A DNA stretch of 62,693 bases, the filler included, from Chiloscyllium plagiosum (lineage: Eukaryota): NCBI RefSeq assembly GCF_004010195.1. It is 3 parts of one record of this genome, joined end to end, with 100 filler letters (N's around TTAATTAATTAA, not from the genome) between each part and the next. Parts side by side here need not be neighbours in the genome. Positions count along the whole stretch, not along the records: positions 22,070 to 35,593 come from NC_057710.1; 2 more parts are not named here. One strand, given 5' to 3'. The position numbers and the translations under genes were made by a program. The notes below the pieces were generated by a model. That model made no database searches. It was not told the origin of the DNA and worked only from the letters and a program-made list of their open reading frames with translations. Below, one piece after another: positions 23,600 through 34,827 of the stretch (positions within the stretch are counted from its first letter, which is position 1; each line of letters begins with the position of its first letter).

Positions 23600-25630
23600 T
23601 GCAATAACTCCATAGAGGTGAATATCTGTCATGTGCACATTGAAAGTCCTTGAGACTGATTCAACAGTTCCCCTACAGCCAGTTCTCAGAGTTAACAGGA
23701 TGTCTGATACTCTTGTTCATTTTTTTCCCATCACCAAGTCACCCTTTATTTACTACTGCACAGTATACTGGCTGTAGTCAGCCAGCTTGGAGTCAGTCCC
23801 GTGATCTGAGGAGAATCTCATCTTTTTTAAATTTTATTAATACAGTTTTCAAACAGTTAACATTAGCAGCTGCATACAAAGAAACAACAATTTTACAAGG
23901 GAGAGGAGTAGTAAAGCCAGGCCTCAAACCCTACAGTTCAACCAATTTTTAGGGAAATGAGGACAAACCTCAAATCCCAACACTCCTATTCTTTTTTTCC
24001 CTGCGGCGCCCACCTCTCCCTGAACAACTATCTCTGGGTTATATTTTTTTTTCTTCTTTTTTTCTTTTTTTTAAACCCCCACACTACCACCTAAGTGCAG
24101 TAGAGCTCCAGTTTTAAAAAAAAATTTTTTAAATTTAACCCCCACACTACCACCTAAGTGTGTAGTGCTTATTTTTTCCCCAGCACCCATGGTGTGTGTG
24201 TGTGCAGGTGTGAGACACAGTGAAAGACACAAAGTGCACAAATCTTTATTCAAATTCCACCACCAGGAAGATAGGAAAACACCCGGGTGGCCAGTGACAA
24301 ACACTGCCCTTCACATCAAAGGGCAGTGCTGTGTGATCAAAACAGTGAAGGGGAGGGGAGGGACTAAATCAAAATAGAGTTGGAGGGAACACTCCTATTC
24401 TTTTTTTTTTCTTTTTCCCTTAAACCCCCACACTACCGCCTAACCCGCTGTAATGCTTATTTTTCCCCAGCAGATCTCTTTTTTTTCTTTTTTATTCTTT
24501 TTTTCTTCCCACACTACCACCTGACAATCCCCTGATTATTTTTTTCCCTTTTTTTATATTAACCCCCCCCCTACCACCTAAGTGCAGTAGTGCTTATTTT
24601 TTCCCCAGCACCCATGGTGTGTGTGTGCAGGTGTGAACACACCTGTTTTTTTTTTCAGCGGTAGTGCTACAACCTCTGTTTATTTTTTTCTTCTTCTGTG
24701 AGACACTGTGAAAGACACAAAGTGCACGAATCTTTATTCAAATTCCACCACCAGGAAGATAGGAAAACACCCGGGTGGCCAGTGACAAACACTGCCCTTC
24801 ACATCAAAGGGCAGTGCTGTGTGATCAAAACAGTGAAGGGGAGGGTAGGGACTAAATCAAAATAGAGTTGGAGGGAACACTCCTATTCTTTTTTTTAAAT
24901 GAAAATTCCTGTTTTATCTTTTTTTTCTTTTAATGCTCTGTTTATTTTTAAATTTTTTTTCCTATTTTTAACCCCCACACTACCACCTAAGTGCAGTAGT
25001 GCTTATTTTTTCCCCAGCACCCATGGTGTGTGTGTGCAGGTGTGAGACACAGTGAAAGACACAAGTGCACAAATCTTTATTCAAATTCCACCACCAGGAA
25101 GATAGGAAAACACCCGAGTGGCCAGTGAGTGAAGGGGAGGGTAGGGACTAATCAAAGTAGAGTTGGAGGGAACACTCCTATTCTTTTTTTTTCTCTTAGG
25201 CAAACACCAGGGTGGCCAGTGACAAACACTGCCCTTCACCTCAAAGGGCAGTGACACTCCTGTTTTTTTTTTAACCCCCACACTACCACCTAAGTGCAGT
25301 AGTGCTTATTTTTTTTTTCCGGCACCCATGGTGTGTGTGTGCAGGTGTGAGACACTGTGAAAGACACAAAGTGCACAAATCTTTATTCAATTTCCACCAC
25401 CAGGAAGATAGGAAAACACCCAGGTGGCCAGTGACAAACACTGCCCTTCACATCAAAAGGCAGTGCTGTGTGATCAAAACAGTGAAGGGGAGGGTAGGGA
25501 CTAATCAAAATAGAGTTGGAGGGAACACTCCTATTCTTATCTGTCAGCCAGAGCTCCCTGATTGGACCAGATTAACAGCCCCAATTAGTGAACTCATATT
25601 CTATGAGGTCCACCTGGCTGACCTGTTACA
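23600..25630 (-). mobile_element. Gypsy 5' LTR, split by a ~1.7-kb insertion array
   Basis: Minus strand begins TGTAACAGG at 25630 and ends ...TTATTGCA at 23600 just before the PBS; AATAAA (plus TTTATT ~23746) inside; LTR sequence resumes at ~25537. Confidence 0.65.
23820..25536 (-). repeat. Array of poly(A)-tailed non-LTR 3' ends (L1/Tx1-like), ~255-bp unit, about 4 near-complete plus several partial copies
   Basis: Units at ~24135-24388, 24560-24876, 24968-25171, 25271-25524; each is preceded by poly-T on plus, contains CTTTATTC (minus AATAAA) and hairpin CACTGCCCTT-N7-AAGGGCAGTG, and is followed by ACACTCCTATTC. Tx1 assignment is inference. Confidence 0.8.
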
Positions 25631-26029
25631 TTCACTCAGGCATATCAGCGTAAGAGGTCACACATGGAACAATTTATAGCAATTACTTGAATATGCCAAT
25701 CAATTAAAACAGAATCCTTTTTGGGAAAATCCATTAGTGAGTGGGGGCTCTCAGTCAAGAATGCAAAATGATCCCATTGAATTCTAATGAAAGAAATCTT
25801 ACACTTGCCCTCTCAATATATGCAGTTATAATTTACATATTGAAGATCATTGACAAAGTGTAATTGATCATGTCCAAACTTATTTGTAACCATCAGGAGT
25901 GTAAATTGACATAGGAGGAAACCAGTATGGACTGGGTGGAGTTTCGAATGCGAGCAATGGGAGAAATAGAAAGCTCTCCCTCCTTAGCTGTTGTATAAAT
26001 CAAACCAATAACCATTTTTAATGGAAAAA

Positions 26030-26168
26030 TAAAACAAAGAACTGTGAATGCTGCAGATCTGAAACAAAAACAGAAATTGCTGAGTCACCAAACTCACAAC
26101 ATTAACTTTATTTTACTCTCCTCAGATGCTGCCAGACATGCTGAGTTTCTCTAGCAATTTGTTTTTGT
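26030..26168. mobile_element. Penelope-like inverted-repeat remnant
   Basis: AAAAACAGAAATTGCTG...GCAATTTGTTTTTG fold-back; same family as 57295-57500. Confidence 0.55.
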
Positions 26169-26519
26169 GCCTTTTTCACATAACCCATTTGGTGGAATAG
26201 TGATAGAAATTACACACTTAATATTTCTGTGATCCTGAAAGCAGAAGGAGATGGTGACAACGGAGGGCTTTCACCAATCAATAGCTAAGGCCACAAGGCC
26301 AGCAGCAGGCTACACTAGAGAAAGAAGATGGTCAGGAGGCAGCCATCTAGGGGATGCATAGGCAAAGATGATTACTAGTGCCATAAAACACCTTCTAGCC
26401 ATGAACAAATTAACTTCAGATGCTTGACAGGAAATGCCAGAGAGATCTGTGTCTATTCCCAGGAAGTAGTCAGCAAAATTTGCTGAATCCTCCAGCAAGA
26501 TCTGCAGCCACATGTATTT

Positions 26520-27040
26520 GATGGTAGTTCCCTTGCCTGTGGCATCATAGCATCTGTGACACTCAATCTTTTCACTGTTGGCTATTGGCTATTATGGCTA
26601 TTGCTCAATTTCCTAGAGTAAATATCTGTACTCATGCTGCCATTAGAGTTCCCTGAGAAGACCTCACTGCATGTGAACCACAAAGGATTCCACTCTATAA
26701 AAACTGACTGGTTTTCAACCAAAGTTGAAGAATCACTTCAGGGAAGTGTCATGACATACACATCTTGTGGAAGCTGCAGCCACCTGAGCTTTTCATGGGC
26801 CCTCCTCAGATTGATGGCTGGTTCCTCTGGATCTGGTAGATGTCAGCAGTAAGGCTTTCACACAGTAGAGGAGCAATATAATGCAAACCCTATCAGGGTC
26901 ATAATTGACCAGAGAATTGACACTGTGCTTCCACTGCCTTAACATATTCAGTGATGCATTGCAGTAGAGAAATGTATGGATAATTTCCATGGTATTTTGT
27001 GTAGTATATGACACTGCCACGCAACCTGATGAGCCCTTGC
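26520..27040 (+). mobile_element. PIF/Harbinger transposase relic
   Basis: IAQFPRV..CTHAAIRVP, VNHKGFHSI, GKCHDIHIL, EEQYNA..RVIIDQRI, CFHCLNIFSDALQ in canonical order. Confidence 0.75.
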
Positions 27041-27109
27041 ATCAGTAGGAACACTTCTCCTCTGATGAGGCTGAATATGATAAGCTTCAGGAAGATGGTC
27101 AGTTTCATT

Positions 27110-28140
27110 AAAAGTGTGTCCTCAACATAGAATCTTTATAAGACATTTGATAAAGTGCCACATCAAAAATTATGATAGAAAATAAAAGTTTACACTAGGG
27201 GTTAACAGGGCATGGATAGAAGATTGGCTAGCAGGCAGAAAACAGAGAATATGCCGAAATGAGTCTTTTTCCAGTTGTTGGGAAATGACAAATGGAATCC
27301 CAATGGAGTTTGTGTGAACATCTCATCTTTTTATAGTTTACATCAATGACTTAGATGAGGGGAGCCATGGCATTGTTGCTAGATTGACAGATGATACCAA
27401 GATAAGTAGGAAGATATATTGTGAAGAAGACATAGGTATAATGCAGACAGATATAGAGAGTTTGAATGAGTGGCATAAATCTAGCAGATGGAATGTAATG
27501 TGCGAAATGGTGAACCATTGCAGAATCTAGAGGTGCAGAGGGATTTAGCTGTTGAAGTTTGTGAATCACAAAAGTATGCAAGTATATCATATAATCTGGA
27601 AGGTTAATAGGATGCTATTTGTTATTATGAAAGGAATTGAACATATAGGTAAGGATATTATGCCTCAGTAATATAGGGCATTGGTGGAATAACATCTTAG
27701 ATATTGTGCATAGTTTTGGTCTCCTTATTTAAGGACAGTAAATACATTAGTGGCAATTCAAAGGATATTTACTATACTTAAATCTGGAATGAGTGGGTTG
27801 TCTTCAATGTGTACGTGAAAAGGAGAGTTTCCTCTTGTAGATCAGTCCAAAACTAAGGAATACTGTTTAAATTTAGAGCTCGTCCTTTCAGGACAAAGAT
27901 TAGGTGATTTCTTTTCAGTCGGAATGTTATATAACTTAGCAACTCTGTGATAGAAGGTAAGAACAGATGTAGTTATTAAATATGTTTATGACAGAAGTGG
28001 GTATGTTCTGGTAAGGCAATAGAAGCAAGGGTTATTGGGAGTAGATGGGAATGTGGAAATTGAAATACAAACCGATCAGCCATAATCCTATTAAAGGTAG
28101 AGAAGACTAAAGGGATAGATAGTCTACTTCTGCTCCAATT
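27110..28140 (+). mobile_element. Old CR1 RT/3' fragment
   Basis: GCATTTGATAAAGTGCCACA-like (AFDKVPH), ATCAATGACTTAGATGAG (INDLDE), GATGATACCAAGATA (DDTKI), CR1 3' UTR. Confidence 0.75.
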
Positions 28141-28199
28141 TTGAACACATGTAAGTCAGCCCCTGCCTCAGGGCAACTATATCTCAGATGGAGTAGCTT

Positions 28200-30800
28200 T
28201 CTGCAATCTTGCACTTTCATTGACAAGGACTATTGGGCACAGGCGTTTTCTCAGATGTGGGCAATAATGACTCGGACTTACTGTTTTTTGCAGAGATTAT
28301 AAAGTCTTTACTCAAACCAGTGGCTGGTGGGTATCTATTAATGACCTAGTAACTGTCACTCTGGAAGTACCATGGTCATTAACAATTTGTTCTGGTATCT
28401 TGATGTTGCTGCAGTTTTTCACACTGGCATAGCCGTTCGTGAGAAATCTCCTGCAATGTACGAATTTGGTTGATGGACTCCTCCCACTTATGATGATTTC
28501 AATCACATGGAAACCATCTGCATTGTCCACAAAGAAGGCTTACGTCCCTAATTCCTGTTCTTTTGATTACAGGACTTCTCTGATTTGAGATGATTGTGTC
28601 ATGTCTCCACCTCCATGTCTGATATAGCTTCTCCCCCTGCCTCATTCCTTCAGTTTCAATAATATTGTTACAACACACTGATTGTTGAACAAATTCTTTG
28701 TAATGAATGCCATATCAGTGAAGTATCAAGATGTATTTGTTGAAGAAGTGGTTACAGCTGTGGGTCTAAGCAGTTACAGTTCTTGTAAGATTTGGAAGGC
28801 AGAACATTTCATTCAGTTGGGCACAGAATGAAGATTTCAATGTTTTAACGCATAAAGAGCTGTAATAACAAGTAGAATATAATTTCTTCTTACCAGGAGA
28901 GTGCTGGAGGTTGATTGACAATTGATTAATTCAGGGATGCAAAAGCACCCAACATAGCCTTGTGGTGGGTTCAGGAGGGACACCTTCCAACTGAGCAGAA
29001 TGTGTCCATCAGCAACAAGGCCACCCTCACTGCCATCTACATTGATGCCTACCTGATTGGCCTGCCCATTCAATGGGTTACTGCTGCTTCCATCTTGGCT
29101 GCTGATGAAGATACTGCTGTAATCCCTGCAGTGGTCACCAATATTGCTGCTGGGACTGAAGAGCTGCCAGCCCTCTGATTGGCTAGCTAATTGTGGGGTT
29201 ACGGTTTTTGTTTTTTACGATATGGGAGCCTGGTTATTATTTACTCCTCTTGTTAAGGCTACAGCAGTGTTGTCATCAGATTTTTTTTGTTCAATGGACT
29301 ACAGTGGTCATTAATTTCAGCCATATTCTGTCTGGCCAGGCCTTACCAAGCATTTATTTTCATGTCAGTTCCAACCTCAGCCTCTCTTGCTGGTTTTCCT
29401 ATACATTTTCTGATGACATCTAATGTTTCGTCTCCCTCAGGATTCTCAATGATGGTGGTTCTCCTCTGGTTGTGCTTCTGTGGTGATGATGACCTGCTTT
29501 CAGTGGAGAGTGAACAGGGTTGGGAGTGTTGTGGAGCTTTTCCCCAATAAAATTATGCTTGATAAATGTGCCCTGACATTTTAAATAGAATTCCTTTAAA
29601 GACCTTTAGAAGCTTTCGTGCCAGGCGTAAGGAGGTCAGAGAGTAGCGCTAAGTGCTCGAAGAAGTAGCTTTTTGAAAGAGTAAGGTTAAGATGCTAAGT
29701 GAGTTAGAGATGAGTGGATGAATTTAGATTTTTTTAGATTAATCCACTCCTTTAAAGACCTTTAGAAGCTTTCGTGCCAGGCATAAGGAGGTCAGAGAGT
29801 AGCGCTAAGTGCTCGTAGAAGTAGCTTTTTGAAAGAGTAAGGTTAAGATGCTAAGTGAGTTAGAGATGAGTGTATTAATGGTAGCAGAAGTTCATAACAA
29901 CTTTGATCATGACTCATCTTGGTTATCCTTTTGAAATCATTCAATGTCACCCTTGGATATGTAACCATTCTTGGGAAGAGCAAGTCACATAGTTTGTCTC
30001 GACAAACTCCATGCAGACTGTTCAGAAAGAGTTTCCTATCTTCAGCGACCATCAGGAACCTCTTTCACCCATTATTTCTTGTAGCTTGACCTTTCTATCA
30101 GTTAACACCCAGGGGCTTGCTGCTCCTTCTACTAAAGATGATGTTATGCAGAATTGTATTTCCCATTGCCTGCTGGTGAGATGGTTTCCTGGTATCCAAA
30201 ACAATATCTATGGCTGCCCAGGGGAGGTGAACTGAGCTGAATCAATGCTAGGATTAGCATTATGCCACTGAAAGATTACCTTGGAAGGACTATCCAGACC
30301 AACATTTTAATCTATCTATGAATCAACCTGTTCTTGGAGTTTCTAAAAGAAAAATAATCATCTCATTTTCAAGCTGTCATACCAGAACATGAGCGACAAT
30401 ATGTCTGTGATTTTATTATCTTGACATTGTGTAGCTATTCTTTCAAAACATTCCAGTCATAGCAGATCTGTGCAATCTGCTTGACAGAGTTCATCACTCA
30501 ACAAAGTGATTCAATTTATATTTGCAACTATAGGATTCCACCTTTTATTCTATCCATGAACAGCCTGTCACTGTGGATATAATGTAGCATTAGTGGGCCT
30601 ACCATTTCTCATAGCAAGTCAGAGGATATGCTTTTCTTTATTGCCATGCCTTATGCTGTGAAATATAAAATGCATTACAATGAAATCTTGTTAATATCCC
30701 AAGGTCATGCTTCCAGAAAATTGAATGAACAGTTCACACTCGCATAAGAAAATAAGTTAACAAATGTAAGGAGAGTGTGAGCAGTTTTTTTTGCTCAAGT
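28200..30800 (-). mobile_element. Very old RTE-like LINE relic (tentative)
   Basis: Scattered minus-strand peptides SDRLFMDRIKG, TDILSLM, FVDNADGFHVI, KIPEQIVN loosely follow RTE endonuclease-to-RT order; weak. Confidence 0.3.
29592..29872. repeat. Pair of 125-bp direct repeats (156-bp period) joined by a 31-bp hairpin spacer
   Basis: Copy 1 29592-29716, copy 2 29748-29872, 2 mismatches (GCGTAA/GCATAA, CTCGAAG/CTCGTAG); 29712-29749 folds into a 17-bp stem with a T4 loop. Confidence 0.95.
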
Positions 30801-31954
30801 CCAATAAAAGTTAATATGCCACTGGTGTTGTACATCTTGATGACTTGGCTGTTTCAGGTTCATCTCGATGATCCCTCAGGAGCTGGTATTGAGAGGGTTT
30901 AAATATGTTAACAGACAATTTATCTCTTCTTGAGGCAGCAGCTGCTGGGTTGAATCTAAAGCATTGCTTGAAGGTGATAAAATAGTAGGCAGGGCTCAAG
31001 CTATAGGCTAATTGAAGAGAGTGGAGAGAGACCCACAAAATCTTACCTGTTGGCATGTCTTCTGCTTCTGTTTCATGGTCTGCAGTTTCTCAAACATAAA
31101 AACAAGTGTTGTCCTATCACACGATCCCCCTTACCATCTAGCCAGTTACCCAAATATGATCATAACTGGTTGGTTCCAGGTCCAGAGTTTACACGATTAT
31201 ATTATTATTGGATGAATCCCTTTCTTAGTCAGAGTTCATTGGCCAAAGTAATTCATTATTACTGTCTAGTTGACTATACAGCTGATATTCTGGATATTTT
31301 GTGAGTGAGCCAGGAGTTTCTCCAGTGTCCTACACAGTGATATTCTTTGGAATATTCTCTGGATGTGAATCCATTTTAATGAGGTTGGAATATGTAAGGT
31401 ACAGTAATGCAATTAGCCAGTCATCCCAGAAGCAGTTATTTTACATTACTGAAATACCTTTTCTATTTCCTTAATGGCACACTTATGCTGTCTTTATGTC
31501 AAAGAAAGTAATTGTCACCTCATCTCTGAGATTCATCGGTTTCATCTGTTTTTGACCCAATACAGTTAGGAGCCTACTGGCTATGGCAGGACCCAAGCAG
31601 GTAATTCCTTATTAAGTACGACTAAGTGTGAGTTGATATAGTGTTGATGATACCTTCCATCTCTTTGCTGTTGATGCGAATAAACTGATGGGATGCTATT
31701 TGACCAGATTGGATTTGGCCTGTTCTGTATGGTCAGAACACGACTTTAACACATTGTCTGGTAAATCCCAGGATTGCAGTTTTACTGAACAATTTGGCTA
31801 GCATGATAGACTAGTTCTGGAACAGAAAACCCGGAGCTAGGATGCTTGGGGCCGATTATCCTTTGAGGTGTAATACAATCAATTTGGAGTAGACACATCA
31901 GAAGGTGATGAATGTTATGAATGTCCTTCTGTAGGTTATTGATTTTATAGGAGA

Positions 31955-32320
31955 GATGGTGGTGTAATTGTATTGTCACTGAGACCAGAGAGCCACGCCA
32001 ATGTCCTGGAACTATGGATTCAAATCCTACCATGGTAAATAGCAAAATTTGAATTAATGAAAATTTGAAATTAAAAACTAGCCTTATGGTGACGTTGGAA
32101 TCATTGCCATGCTGAAAAATATCTTCTTGTTCACTAATGTCCTTTAGGGAAGGAAATGTGTGGCCCTGACCTGGTTTACATGTGACTCCAGACCCAAAGC
32201 TATGCGGTTGACTCTAAGATAACCTCTGAAATGATCCAAGCAAGCAAACTAGTTCAAGTGGCAGTTAGGGATGGGCAATAAATGCTGCCCCTAACAGGAA
32301 AGCCCACATTCCCCTTAATG
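31955..32320 (+). mobile_element. tRNA-derived SINE with L2-like tail
   Basis: A-box-like GTGGTGTAATTG, B-box-like GGATTCAAATCC, body GTTCACTAATGTCCTTTAGGGAAGGAAA, tail TTAGGGATGGGCAATAAATGCTG matching the L2 ends at 47775 and 50290. Confidence 0.65.
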
Positions 32321-32914
32321 TGTTAAAATGACACTCAAGTAACTCTAGAGCATCATTGTATTCAGTGCATCCAAGCAAAAACCTTTCTTTCTCCAAGCTG
32401 CTGCTGAGTGTTCCCAGTATTTTAAATTTTCATTCTAAACATCTCAATGATTATTGCTACTCAGGACGGTAGAAGCTTTGCAGGGCTCTGGGGAAAGGCA
32501 GTGGCATCAGACGCATTGCTTCCTCAGAGGGCCAGCACAAACATGCAAGGCTGAAACCATTCTTAAATTCTAAAATATGATGTAGCCAACTAACATGCAT
32601 AGTAACACACTGCACCTCACATGCTGAGAGCCAATTGCTGTCCAGCTTATCATAGTACAGTGAAAGTGGCATGTAGTCCAGGGAGCAAGATTAGAAATAT
32701 TGCTAGGAAAGCTAAGATAAACACTGTATAATGTAATGACCTAGAAAAGGAGCAAAAGCTGGTCAAAAATTCCAAAAACATTTTTCACAGCACCCACAAG
32801 GATTTGTCAAGAGTGGTTCCGACTTGTACAACTAAATAATTGGATGCACCAAATAGCTGCTGTTTTCAGGAGCTCACTGATATCATGCTCCTGAAAGTAA
32901 AGTGCAATTCTTGC

Positions 32915-33345
32915 ATTTATAAGGAGAGGTTGGATCGGCTGGGACATTTTTCCCCGGAGTGTCAGAGGCTGATGGGTGACCTAATAGAGATTTATAAAAT
33001 CATGAGGGGCACGGGTAGGGTGACTAGCCAAGGTCTTTTCCCCAGGATAGGGGAGTCCAAAACTGGAGGGTGTAGGTTTAAGATGAGAGAGGAAGGATTT
33101 AAAAGGGACCTGAGGCGCAACCTTTTCACACAGAGGGTGGTGTACATATATAGATGAGTTACCAGAGGAAGTGGTAGAGGCGAGTACAATTTCAATATTT
33201 AAAATATGTTTGGACAGGTACATGGATAGGAAAGGTTTAGAGGGATATGGGCCAAATGCAGACAAATGGGACTAGTTAAGTTTAGGAAAGCTGGCTGAGT
33301 TGGTCTGAGGGGTCTCTTTCTGTTCTATATGACACAATCACTCTG
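32915..33345 (+). mobile_element. CR1 3' end
   Basis: YKERLDRLGHFS...GDLIEIYKIMRG...FTQRVV plus tail. Confidence 0.88.
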
Positions 33346-34239
33346 TGACTCTGCTTTTTCCTTCTACAGACAGGTCTGTGATAATGGATACATGGATCTT
33401 ATAGCAAGCAAATGGGAGTCACACTGATTTTTGAAATAAAAGATAGCTTAGAGGTTTATAGTTCCCTGGTGCATTCTCCATGACAATACTTTGATCAAAC
33501 ACGTTTGACATATCAACCAATCTCTCGTGTAGTATAATCTGTTAGTCCCTTTGAAATTAGGTTTTCTTGCATCTGTCCTGATCAGTACATGGTGAAAAAC
33601 TTTGATAGCAGTCTCCTTCATCAGCAACACCCAATTTCTTTATTACTAAGCAACTAATTATAAACATCAGTGATTAAGCAATTATCCACCATATGTGATA
33701 AAATTAATAGGTACGAATGATCTCCTGTCCGGATTTAAATAATGTTCAGAAGCCGCTAGTGTATTTCTATCTGTTGCTCTTGTCATCACTGCTTTCTTGA
33801 TTAGACCACAGCTTTGCAGGTTAGTTCCATTAATCATGTTGTAATTTGTAGTTTATGTGGGATGCATTGTAGTCAGTTTTACTTCCCCCCTTCAAACTCA
33901 TCCCAACTGTGACTCAGTTGCGTACACCATAAAAAAGTTATGTTTGATCTCTACTGGTTAAGCAGATATAAACCAGAGAGGCAGAATTTACTTATTCTCA
34001 ACGTCTGAGTTTAAGAAAGAAAAGGGAAAATGTGAACAGGATTCCCTTTCCAGAATACCTTTTATTCTATCAGTTCAAAGAGCCAAATGGCTTTATCCTG
34101 TTTCTATTTTCTATGTTTCCACATTCTCAGAGAGCTAGATGTACAAGCCAGCTTTCTTCACTGAACTCTCCTGTTAATTCTTCCATGTATTTAATGTCAG
34201 AAGGTTAAATAGAAAAAAATCTGGTTGCAAACTAGTGTA

Positions 34240-34817
34240 CAGTAGCACCTCGACTTATGAACTTAATCCATTCCAGGACCCGGTTCGTGAACCGAAAAGT
34301 TCGCGAACTGAATCAATTTTTCCCATTTGAATTAATGTAATTCCAATTGATCTGTTTCGCCATGTCATACTGCTTAGCGAGATCAGATACGCGAGCACCA
34401 TTCCCATGTTTACGTATTATTTCCGTCTTCGTTTCCACAGTAATACATTTAGGCTTCTTAACACCACTATCACTACCACTTTTCACTTTCTTGGGAGCCA
34501 TAATGAGGGCTAATTTAATGCAAAAAACAAAAAAAAAGCATAAGAATGCTTGGACGTAGCAATGAACGATGTTCACAGTGCGTGCGCGCCAAAGACAAAC
34601 TGAATGAGATCACGTGGGGCCCGAGAGCTTTTGTGTTCAAAGTGCGCGTAGCAAAGCAGAACAATCAAACCACGTGGTTGCACACAGGCTTTTTGCGTTC
34701 GTACCTTTGCTCGTACCTTGAATTTCGTATATACGTTGAAGCAAACTTTTACGTACAATCCTGTTCGTAAACCGATTTGTTCGTGAGCGGAGTCGTTCGT
34801 ATGTCGAGGCGCTACTG
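34240..34817 (-). mobile_element. Tigger/pogo-family internally deleted DNA transposon (578 bp)
   Basis: 23-bp TIRs CAGTAGCACCTCGACTTATGAAC / GTTCGTATGTCGAGGCGCTACTG, TA TSD at 34238-39 and 34818-19; minus ORF from ATG 34501 MAPKKVKSGSDSGVKKPKCITVETKTEIIRKHGNGARVSDLAKQYDMAK resembles the CENP-B/psq-type HTH N-terminus. Confidence 0.92.
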
Positions 34818-34827
34818 TATTTCTATA

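Noticed and set aside
29593..29872. 52-codon protein repeat readable if stops are reassigned (PLKTFRSFRARRKEVRE*R*VLEEVAF*KSKVKMLSELEMSG...)
   Set aside because: All plus frames are similarly stop-rich, a period divisible by 3 occurs one time in three, and I recognise no domain.
29592..29872. Hammerhead or HDV-like ribozyme in the direct-repeat unit
   Set aside because: The minus strand has CUGAC...CGAAAGCU but lacks CUGANGA; the span between GACCU and AGGUC is too short for an HDV-like fold.
30811..31056. Possible terminal coding exon (…SSRCTTPVAY*)
   Set aside because: No recognisable homology; adjoins a probable old RTE-like relic.
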